From Octopus bimaculoides (taxonomy: Eukaryota), in assembly GCF_001194135.2 (NCBI RefSeq), contig NC_068984.1, positions 83,798,080-83,833,422 on the forward strand: a stretch of DNA of 35,343 nucleotides. Reading direction: 5' to 3'. The notes under the pieces are model-generated. The model was given only the letters and a program-made list of their open reading frames with translations. It was not told where the DNA came from and did not search any database. The position numbers and the translations under genes were made by a program. Below, one piece after another: positions 1 to 8,983 of the stretch (position 1 is its first letter; the number at the start of each line of letters is the position of its first letter).

Positions 1-325
1 CAGATATTTTGAGCATCTCTGCAGTGATTCCTGATGGGCCGGGGGCTTTCCCGGTCTTCATACTCTTAATTGCTTTATCTACCCTGGTACTATCAACTCG
101 GATAGCTGGTCCCTCTATTGGGTCGACATACGGCAGGCTCTCTTTTTCCCATTCATTCTCTTTATTAAGCAATCTATCGTAGTGGCATCTCCAGACCTCT
201 TTCTTTGCATCCTCATTTAGTGCAAGCGTACCATCATCCATGCGAACACATTTCTCTCCTACAACATCACTATTCTCTCTCCTACACTGTCTTGCAACAC
301 GAAATACCTCGAGTCTTTGGTCCAC
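1..325 (-). mobile_element. RTE-type non-LTR retrotransposon ORF fragment (linker into reverse transcriptase), 5'-truncated, continues off the left edge
   Basis: Hand translation of 322->2 gives 107 codons with no stop: DQRLEVFRVARQCRRENSDVVGEKCVRMDDGTLALNEDAKKEVWRCHYDRLL...KSMKTGKAPGPSGITAEMLKIS. The ending matches the non-LTR RT start motif KAPGP-G-TAEMLK. Homologous to the decayed copy at ~6790-6930. Confidence 0.9.
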
Positions 326-423
326 ATATATATTATATATACTACATATGTGGAAAATCGGTGTGTGTTTATTTGTGGTGTTAGATAACTCCTCTTACAT
401 CGTTTTGTTGATTTTGATGAAGC

Positions 424-863
424 TTGACACATGAGTAGAACTTATGTCTGGAAACCTTGTGACATACTTAGATTGTTGAAAAACAATGATATTACAGCCC
501 CAGGAAGGGACCTTTATATCTACCTCATATAACTTTTTTTTTTTTAAACCCAAGGGAAATAAGCCATATCACCTGCACAATATTCTTTTTAAAACACTCG
601 AGGGAAATAGCCCATTTCATTGTTTGTGTTCGATTACTTTGAATATTGATTTTTTTTGTGTCCAATTTCTAATTTTTGCAAACAATATCACTTTTTTACT
701 TTATTTGACACGTGAGTAGAACTCATGTCTGGAAACCTCATGACATACTTCAATTGTTGAAAAAAATTGATAATAGGGCCCATCCAATGGATCCTTCTAT
801 CTACTACATATTACTAATATTTTATTTAAATAACCCAAGGAAAATAACCCATACTACTTGCAG
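424..863. repeat. Imperfect ~160-bp direct duplication (424-585 and 705-863), offset 281 bp
   Basis: ttgacacatgagtagaacttatgtctggaaacc...aacccaaggg aligns with ttgacacgtgagtagaactcatgtctggaaacc...aacccaagga. Confidence 0.75.
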
Positions 864-1363
864 TTTTTAGCGATGCGATCAATATTTGATTCTCACAATC
901 AGCCAAACTACTTACAGTTTTGAACTGCTAAACATTATTATTGCACTTCCTTAATTTGAATTTCTTCATTCATACATTTCTATACATACATACTCTTTTT
1001 GAATGCCCATTACTTTGATAATTCTGCATTTTTACAATTACACTTTTTCAATGACAGTAGATAATTTTTTTTTTCCACAACATATTTGTAGTGGCTTCAT
1101 GCAGGCATAGCATGGATTCAATCCTCGATTGCCAAATTTCACTTAACACTTCAGCAGCACTTTTCTCACAGTAAAACAATAGTTTTCTCTCTTGCCAACC
1201 TCCAACAATCTCTGCCTCCTCCAGCTGACAGATTTTGTACTTTTTCATGACGGAAAATACACCTTTTGTGGCAGTTATAACAAAATTTCTTTCTTATATC
1301 AGAGTAATAAGGCGTTTCAATAGAACATCTTTACCCCCCAGGTATTACCAGGTACACCAGCTA

Positions 1364-1364
<1 letters not shown>

Positions 1365-1397
<33 letters not shown>
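1365..1397. repeat. (TA)n microsatellite
   Basis: Direct reading. Confidence 0.95.
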
Positions 1398-1399
<2 letters not shown>

Positions 1400-1590
1400 G
1401 AGAATATACAAATAATAACAACAGACGAGGACAGGTGGTGTAAATAACAAAAGTATATATTAGTATGACGCTCGGGAATACGGAAAGACTTTGACGTTTC
1501 GAGCTACGCTCTTCAACAGAAAGAATACGGAGACAAGGAGAAAAACACGGAGAAAAAAAATTGGATAGTGTTCAGTCAACGGTCAATCAT
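1398..1590 (-). mobile_element. Short Penelope-like element remnant embedded in (TA)n
   Basis: Minus strand reads ...ctgttgaagagcgtagctcgaaacgtcaaag..., resembling the TGAAGA...GAAACGT terminal motif of Penelope-like elements. Flanked on both sides by (TA)n (1365-1397 and 1592-1607). Confidence 0.55.
1489..1523 (-). ncRNA. Minimal type I hammerhead-ribozyme-like motif (non-canonical core)
   Basis: CUUU-CUGUUGA-A-GAGC(GUA)GCUC-GAAA-CG-UC-AAAG. Stem I is CUUU/AAAG, stem II is GAGC/GCUC, and a palindromic ACGU replaces stem III. Deviations from consensus: A6 is U, and there is an extra A after A9. Confidence 0.4.
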
Positions 1591-1606
1591 AATATATATA
1601 TATATA

Positions 1607-1779
1607 TGAGGGTGCTGAAAAGTTCCTGACTTTGTGTAAAAGAAAATACAGGAAGATCAGTTAATCATGATTTTATTTAATATATTCCCCTCTCAGATTC
1701 ACACACTAACTGTAGTGGTCCTTCAGTTTTCCTAAGCCCTTGTAACAGAACTTAGAAGGAACTTTTCTGCACCCACTCA
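1607..1779. mobile_element. Mariner/Tc1-type MITE
   Basis: Terminal inverted repeats TGAGGGTGCTGAAAAGTTCCT ... AGGAACTTTTCTGCACCCACTCA, with TA on both sides (typical Tc1/mariner target) and no coding capacity. Confidence 0.8.
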
Positions 1780-1802
1780 TATATGTACACATACCCCCCC
1801 CC

Positions 1803-2180
1803 CCTCACTGTCTGTCTCCTTAGAGTTATTGCTAATTCATTCTTACTCTCTCCTAAATGTGAGTACCCATGTAGATTGTCTGCAAGAAACTGCTCTATCC
1901 TAACCTCTTCCTTCATACCTTAACCCCCATCTAACATAGATGCAGCATCCTCCCTCACTAGGTTTGTTCATTTGCAAGCTACATAGTGAGCTCAATAGGG
2001 TTGATTGCATGAAAAAAGCAACCAGTACACACTGTAAAGTGGTTGGTGTTAAGAAGAGCATCCATCTTTAGAAACCATGCCAAAACAGACAATGGAATAC
2101 AATGCAGTCCTTTGACTCGTTGGATCCTTATCAAACCATCAAACCCATGCCAGCATGGAACATGGACATTAAATGATGAT
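1803..2180 (+). mobile_element. Decayed repeat ending in the RTE-type 3' tail
   Basis: gtggttggtgttaagaagagcatcca...acccatgccagcatggaacatggacattaaatgatgat matches the tails at 8761-8938, 9115-9292 and 34461-34627. Followed by (AC)n at 2183-2203. Confidence 0.7.
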
Positions 2181-3307
2181 ATACACACACACACACACAC
2201 ACAGAGTAAATTCTTAATATATTTCCCAAAGTACTTAAAACCTACTTCTACTAACATCAACAAAGTATAAAAATATTTCTATGCTTTACATATTATTTCT
2301 TCTCTATGTATAAATTCATATTTATTTACCTTTCAGCATGTGTAAACTATTCCAACTATATACAAAATTACATAAATGCAGTTTCATTCGAAAGTTTTCA
2401 TTTTTTTTCATTGAAAAGTACTTACACACATGCTTCCTATTTGCCATCCTCCCTCCCCCTCTCTCTAACTGGCAGGAACTAGCCATCACTTTATCTGTCT
2501 GTCTATTTTTAAGTTTCTCTCTTTCTCATTCATTTGAAACTTCCTCCCATTACTTTGTCATGATATAGCTTCACTAAATTTAATGAATTTATTTCACAGT
2601 TTCATGCTACATAAATGGAGCTTTTCCACAATCCTTATAAGGGACTTTAATTGTTACCTATTTTAAACTAACTCAGTTCTAGTTTCATTTTACTATACCT
2701 TCTTTAACACTTATAGACCTACTATTGCTAAGGATCTTAAGTAAACTGGATAGACCAATTTACATGTATAATGCACTTTTGACAACTAGTTTAGTTACTA
2801 AATTACTGGTGCAGCAAATTTAATCATCTATGTGGAAAGGTTCTCAAAATGTGCAACGTTGAGTTTGACAAACAGGGCCAATAGGTGAGTTGTCATAATC
2901 CTTCAAAAGAACACCATGCGAATGTGAATCCAGATCACAAATTTGTTAGGACACAAATATTCAAAGCTGATACCAAGTAAAGGGCTAAATATTTCTGGAG
3001 TACCTAAATTTAAAACTTCAACAGACTGGTTTAGCCTTACCAGATAAAAAAAATATGAACCAAGAAAATCCAACATTAATCTTCTCTCTCTCTCTCTCTA
3101 ATCATATATATCTCTATCTCCTTCCTTTTAAGCACTCTCTCTTTCTCTACCTGATTTAGAACAAAAACCATACAGCTTGAATATAACAATGAACTGACTA
3201 ACTGTTACTACATACTAATAACACAAAGATGCAGAAACAGTGTATATGAATATAAAAGAATTAGGAAATAAATTTAATTGTGTCAATGTAATATTTTTAG
3301 TCTTTTA

Positions 3308-3625
3308 TCTTTTACTTGTTTGAGTCATTTAACTGCAGCCATGCTGGGACACCACCTTGAAGAATTTTTAGTCAGTACTTTTTTTCTTTCTTTAAGCCTG
3401 GCAAATTTCATCGGTCTCTTTTGCTGAACTGCTAAGTTATGGGGACAAACACTCACACATATATATACAATGGGCTTCTTTCAGTCTCTGTCTACCAAAT
3501 CAACTAACAAGACTTTGGTTGATCTAAGGTTATAGTAGCAGACATTTAACCAAAGTGCTGCGCAGTGAGTCTGAACCTAGAGCGATGTGGTTGGGAAGCA
3601 AACTTCTTACCACACAGTCACACCT
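3308..3625 (-). mobile_element. tRNA-headed SINE, same family as 11841-12260 (Meta/MESC-like central domain)
   Basis: Reverse complement aligns along its length with 11874-12260: head gtggtaagaagtttgcttcccaaccac, centre ttggtagacagagactgaaagaagccc, tail aacaagtaaaaga. Confidence 0.85.
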
Positions 3626-3754
3626 CAAATATCATTTTTTTTTTCTACCCGTTTCCTTGTGTATTTACTTGGCTTCAAATTACAATTACTGCTGATTAAG
3701 CTCCCTAAGTAAGAAGGTTGTTCATTATATATGTGCCTGTGTCTATGTAAATAT

Positions 3755-4165
3755 AATTATGGGTATGGTATGGATGCAAAGATCACTTTGTAGCCATATA
3801 GTTTCAAGTTTGATCCCATTATCCGATTGCATGACACCTTGAGCATGTATTTCTATGACAGCTTTGGCCTGATTAATACCTTTCAATCCAACTTGGTAAA
3901 TGGAAACTGCTTGTTTTTTTTGTATATGTATATGTATGTCTGTGTGTGCGTGCGTGCATGTATGCATAAAGACAGGTACATGTATTTGTTGCCACAGGCC
4001 TTTCAGCAATGTTGCATTTGTTTATACCTCCCATAAACAATATGTCCTGTCGTGTGAAGACTGGTGAAATAAAAATACCTTACTTAATGGGTGACAACAG
4101 GAACAGTAGCAAACTGCAGAATAAGACTTGTTTAACTCAAACCAGCATGAAGAAAATCAGCCGTA
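3755..4165 (+). mobile_element. Old SINE: degenerate head, Meta-like block, internal microsatellite and long tail
   Basis: catgacaccttgagcatgtatttcta and acttggtaaatggaaactgc resemble the family above. The tail resembles 29310-29495. Confidence 0.55.
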
Positions 4166-5687
4166 AAATAGTGTATCTATGTGTGCACACACATGCATGA
4201 GTGCACCTCAGTACACTGGCTTTTTTCTTATTGGCTTAGGCATGTTTAGTTAGTTCACTACCCAAAAATTTCCAGTTTTGGCATCAATGCTGGTACTGAT
4301 TTTACCTGTCACATACTGGAATTGAAATGAGTACAGTAAACTATTGAAACCTAACCAGCAAAAAGAAAGCTGTGTGCCTACAATTTTTGCAGGTCCTCTC
4401 AGATTGAGTAAACTACAATCAATCGATAACTTGTTCCAATTGGTTTTTACTTTGAGGGCCAAATTTCTGCCAAGTCTATTGTTTAGAATTCAGTTTTATA
4501 CAAATAGAAAAACAATGTATAATGCCCCAAGAGTATACTTTTAGTCAGTAGTGTGTTATAATTTGCCATGTAGTCCTTAACTAGACAACATGGAACATTG
4601 AGTATTGTAATATCATGGTTGTACTAACACACTACCTCAACCAACTAAACATTGTGTTGTAGATCAGTCTAGTTGGTTAGCTTACTGGCTATAATAGGTC
4701 ATCTACTGATCTATCAAGGCCAGCAATCAACTGTCATCTTTTATTACATATTTCCAAGCATTAACTGTGATGTAAAAAAAAACTACTGAGTCAATAAAAT
4801 AGAGGATGACCAAGTCCTAATTCCTGAGTTTAAACCTGCTGCAAGTAATTCCTTGCATTTTTAGCAGATTTTTGTTTTAGTTCTTCTGGGTATTATGATC
4901 AAATGAGAGGGAATCATCTTACTCCAAATCAAATAGCTTTGCAAACACACACACACGTAAATGTGCTGTGCAACATGGTTGTCATAACAAGAGTAACATT
5001 TGTCATAACAAAATAAACAGTAGGTGACAATTCAAGATTCAAGAACGTCTTCCATAACTGTAAATTCATAACAGTGTTCTCTATATATGTGTAGAGGTAA
5101 AGTATCCCAACAAGTAGCATGATCATTAGTCTTTGTGTTTAAATACACAATGATAATTTTCTTACGTTTCTAAATTACCTCAGTTCAACTAAATAGAGAA
5201 AAAGTAGCAAGTCTGGGGCTCTATTCACAATAGGGCTCTCATTTGCTTAATGCCATTGGAAACAGAATTTAAGAACCAAAAGAAAGGCTAAATTTTTGAC
5301 AGAATTAACATACATCCTATGTGTTGTTAGAAAGAAAATATGAAAAATGATTAACAGAGATAGAAGAGAAAGAAATATTCTACAAACAAAAATTTCTTAA
5401 ATTGCAAAGATTTAGCTTTTTCATTATGACCAAAATACTTTTCTTAAATCCTAGTGTATACTTAGTTATGCTCGTTTTCTTTTTTATTTTGAGATTTCAG
5501 TTTTAAAACTTTCGTATTGTCAACATATAAAACCAGGATGATAATATCTCTAAAGTAAAGTGTGAGACAAATCTTCACTGGAAAGTAAATGATTCTGCTA
5601 CTGAGATTTTACTAATTCCTCCTTAAGATCTTGTATTAAACCTTTCTCCTAAAACTTATCACTCCAGAACATCATCTCCATACTTAC

Positions 5688-5748
5688 CATTGTTTTGACT
5701 AATAACTGTAGCAATTTGAATTAAATATATTAACCATATAACTTCCAT
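5688..5748 (-). CDS. Candidate coding exon: either a signal-peptide-like start exon (MEVIWLIYLIQIATVISQNN) or an 18-nt microexon (5688-5705)
   Basis: Strong donor ATG|GTAAGT at 5688/5687. Possible acceptors at 5705 (ttgctacag), 5757 (aatattag) and 5843 (catctttgttttag). Ends in phase 1. No homology recognised. Confidence 0.35.
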
Positions 5749-6326
5749 CACCAAAACCTAATATTCTAGTTTAAGAGGATTTAAGATGGCTATAAAACCG
5801 GTATCCTCCAACAGAATCTTACAGAAATCTCTTTAAAATATTTCTAAAACAAAGATGTCGCAGTTATCCATTTCATAAGAATTTCAGCCTATCCGTGAAG
5901 ATGTCAACTGTCAAAATCATGGCATAAAATCATTTTATAAAATAAGTTTGTGTACCATGAAGAGTTTTGAAAGGCTTCAATCAAAGCTTTGCAATGCATT
6001 TTGCATTGCTTTTCTTCTCACAGCATACAAGCATATCTCATTTTACAAATTTTATTAACAATATCTTGTCAATACAAACCATCACTAGTTACTTCAGAAT
6101 CTAACCTCCCTACTAAAAAAATATTTCCACTAAGTTGCACAAATCTTTCCATGGCTAATCATCCATGAAAAGAGATGACATCAGATAGAGTAATGAGGCA
6201 ATGATTTCTGATAATTACAGAAGAAATGAGACGTTAGCCTCATTTCTTCTATTTGTAAAATCTGCCAAAACTACATTTACTTAAAAAAAAGACTGTGAAA
6301 AAGTGTCTTGAGAGAAAAACACCAAC

Positions 6327-6472
6327 CTGTTAAAAGTAAATCCTTAAGTCCCCGATGAAACTGTTCTAATCGCGCATGCAAATCTGGGTCAGAGAAATTC
6401 CCTTCACAGGTGAAGACAGTTTCAATGTACTCCTCCTGGGGACTCATGTTCACCTTTCAGACATCAGACCAC
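6327..6472 (-). CDS. Probable start-codon exon of an unidentified host gene; CDS 6447->6327, MSPQEEYIETVFTCEGNFSDPDLHARLEQFHRGLKDLLLT, phase 1
   Basis: Acceptor tttatttgttttccag| and donor ACAG|gttggt. More GC-rich than its flanks, with a 40-codon open frame and protein-like composition. All three frames are closed before the ATG. No TE similarity seen. Confidence 0.65.
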
Positions 6473-6569
6473 CTGGAAAACAAATAAAGAAAATCAATAC
6501 ATGTTTCTAAATACAAAATTTACAATGTCACAAAGTTTTTAATAAACATAGTTATTTATATGGAATAAC

Positions 6570-7690
6570 CTATTGAAGGTGATAGACCAAAGTTTCTACC
6601 AGACCAAGAGTAGCATGGTGATGGAACAGTGAGGTTGACAGGGGTATAAAAGAAACGGATTTGGAATGAGTGGGAAAGTGGAGGTAGCACAAAATTATAT
6701 CAGGTAGCTAAAAAGGAAGCTAGGCAATAGGTCTACCTAGCAAGAGAAGAAGCAGAAAGAGGTTTGCCAATGTTTTACAGTATGAAGAACACAGACCTGA
6801 AGTGTTTTGGATTGTTAGACAGTGTGTCAGAAAGAATTGAATGTTGTGAGAAAGAAGTGTGTATGGATGGCTAATGGTATGCTTGCACTTAGTGACACTA
6901 AAAAAATAGGTGTGAAAGTGCAACTATGAAAAGCTACTTCAGGTAAATGGTCTTGCTCAATGTGTAAGAAAGGTGTAGGCAGAAATTTCATTTGGTGTAG
7001 CTTGTACAAGCTGTGGACACACAAGAGGCACAGTGGAATCACAGGAAGATTAACAGAAGAAGTAGTGCTTATGTCTGGAAGATGCAGAGAAGCCATCAAG
7101 TCTATAGATACAGGGAAATTGATTTTCTCAAATGCTTTGGAAGCTCTCTAAAGGTAGTAGATATCTTGTTTCTTAGGTGACCTCATTAGCAGTGGAAGAG
7201 GATGCTCCAAAAGTGCAATTGTTAGAATAAGTATAGGATGGAGAAAATTCAGCGAGTTTTTACCTCTGATGGCAACAAAAGATCTAAATGTAGAGGATAC
7301 ATGAAAACTAGAGAGGAATGAAGTTAGCATGATCCACTGGATGTATAATGTCAGTGCACATGTATGACAGAGTGCTCATGCTTTGAAAGAAAAATTAGGC
7401 ATAAGGGGAATTAAATATAATGTGCAAGAGAGAAGACTGCACTGGTTTGGATATGTGATGCATGTGGATGCAGACAGTTGCATAAACAAGTACCGATCAC
7501 TAAAAGTGGATGGAAGTTGTGGAAGAGGGAGACCAAGGAAGATATGGAATGAAGTATTGAAGGCCAATCACAAATCACCAAGCCTCATGGAGGAGATGAC
7601 AAAGGATCAAGACGTCTGGCACATTGCTGCGCTCAAGAAGATCAGTCCACCACAGTAGAACTGATAAACTAAAACTACCAGAGCAGAATA
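6570..7690 (+). mobile_element. Decayed RTE LINE with a large internal deletion, retaining a Cys/His finger remnant and the ORF C-terminus
   Basis: The linker region (homologous to 2-322) jumps at ~6935 to SGKWSCSMCKKGVGRN...W-THKR...GRC, then LGDLISSG...WRKF and ERRLHWFG...GRGRPRKIW (ORF 7383-7658). Many stops and frameshifts. The CT-rich sequence to ~7990 may also belong to it. Confidence 0.9.
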
Positions 7691-7994
7691 GGCAGGTATT
7701 AAATCCTCACCTTTTGGTTTTCCTCATACCCACTCCTGAACCACTTCCATTTCTCATTATCTTCCCTGCCCGCTGTTTCCAATCACCTCTTTTCTGTGCC
7801 TTCAGGCATGTTCTCTCCTCTCTACTAAACTCAATCCTTATCTTTTATCTGCTATCACTCCCAATTTCCTTACATATACCCCACCATCACTTGCTGCAAT
7901 CACCTCAATCTCATCTCTAACCATCTCTCCTCATATTCTTACAACCCCCTCCGTCTCCCAGTCCAATCCTCTATCACTTCACCTACATTCACAG

Positions 7995-8097
7995 CTTGCC
8001 CCACATCTAAGAATATATGGTGAAAACCTTGCAAACCTATCTCAACATACAACTGTGGAAAGATGGAGTGCAGTAACAGATTCTCGGATAATTGGAG
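7995..8097 (+). CDS. Weak candidate exon on the plus strand (LAPHLRIYGENLANLSQHTTVERWSAVTDSRIIG)
   Basis: cacctacattcacag| acceptor, GAG|gtatgt donor, 103 nt with an open frame. The pyrimidine tract may be borrowed from LINE sequence, and it lies opposite the best exon. Confidence 0.2.
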
Positions 8098-8390
8098 GTA
8101 TGTGTATATCTGGAAGAAAAGATCTTGTTGGTGAAACAATTACCTATATGTCATAGGTTATCTGATCCAAGCTAACCTGAAGCTACACAATGTCAGTATA
8201 ACCGGTATGCAGTAAAGCTTAGAAAGCAGTAAAACGTAAGTGATTTTCTCAAATGAAATGCTGGATCCATAAACTATAATTAGTATTGACCACAAGACTA
8301 ACAAATAAGAGAGGGTAAGATTAATGCAGTTTCCACCCAACTCCCAAAGCCATAGATGATAGACAAGCATACTAAATATTTTGAGGTTTT

Positions 8391-8938
8391 TCGAGCGAGA
8401 TCGTTGCCGGGGCCCCTGGGCTGGCTCGTGTGCGGGCGACACATGGAATTTTTCAGGCGGGATCGTTGCCGGTGCCCCTGGGCTGGCTCTTGTGCGGGTG
8501 ACACATGTGGTTTTTCGAGCGAGATCGTTGCCCTGGACTGGCTCTTGTGCTGGTGACACATGAAATTTCTTCGAGCGAGATCGTTGCCGGTGCCCCTGAA
8601 CTGGCTCTTGTGTGGGGTTGTTGTGGGATTTTCGAGCTGGATCGTTGCTGGTGCCCCTGGGCTGGTTCTTGTGCGGGTGACACATGAGGTTTCTCGAGCG
8701 AGATGAGCATGGCCGTTGCCAGTACCGCCTGACTGGCCTTCGTGCGGGTGACACGTAAAAGCACCCACTACACTCTCTGAGTGGTTGGCGTTAGGAAGGG
8801 CATCCAGCTCATGCAGCTGTAGAAACACTGCCAAATCAGATTGGAGCCTGGTGTAGCCATCTGGTTTCACCAGTCCTCAGTCAAATCGTCCAACCCATGC
8901 TAGCATGGAAAGCGGACGTTAAATGACGACGACGATAC
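8391..8938 (+). mobile_element. RTE 3' region: tandem array of ~62-bp GC/CpG-rich units plus the 3' tail and (GAC/GAT)n
   Basis: Units start at 8391, 8453, 8515, 8571, 8632 and 8694 (periods 62, 62, 56, 61, 62). Then gcacccactacactc...ccatgctagcatggaaagcggacgttaaatgacgacgacgat. Confidence 0.9.
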
Positions 8939-8983
8939 GTACAGACATATATATATATATATACACACACACACATATATATA

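Noticed and set aside
1048-1248. 66-aa minus-strand ORF with LSEIWQSRIES, faintly like the hAT transposase LS-TRW-SR motif
   Set aside because: It is a single weak motif, with no termini or second motif, and no convincing splice sites.
3743-3900. Phase-compatible exon candidate VGLKGINQAKAVIEIHAQG
   Set aside because: It is the antisense of a decayed SINE head, and the acceptor is a weak AAG.
4306-5188. Two 10-nt microexon candidates (5179-5188 TTGAACTGAG; 4306-4315 TATGTGACAG) that could be mutually exclusive
   Set aside because: AG…GT pairs of this kind are common in AT-rich DNA. They shift the frame, and no downstream phase-2 exon was found.
8391-8760. The ~62-bp array as a CRISPR array
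   Set aside because: The whole unit repeats, with no unique spacers and no cas genes. The context is eukaryotic and the unit is part of a LINE 3' region.
8712-8800. The repeat unit as an HDV-like, twister or pistol ribozyme
   Set aside because: I tried each by hand. The P1.1/J4-2 residues of HDV, the UCCCA-AGC/GAGGG motifs of twister and the P2/P3 core of pistol are absent. Only the simple pseudoknot is supported.
8158-8870. The longest ORFs in the track (198 aa, 190 aa and overlapping ones) as protein-coding genes
   Set aside because: They are stop-poor translations of the GC-rich tandem array and RTE tail. Several frames are open at once and the peptides are repetitive.
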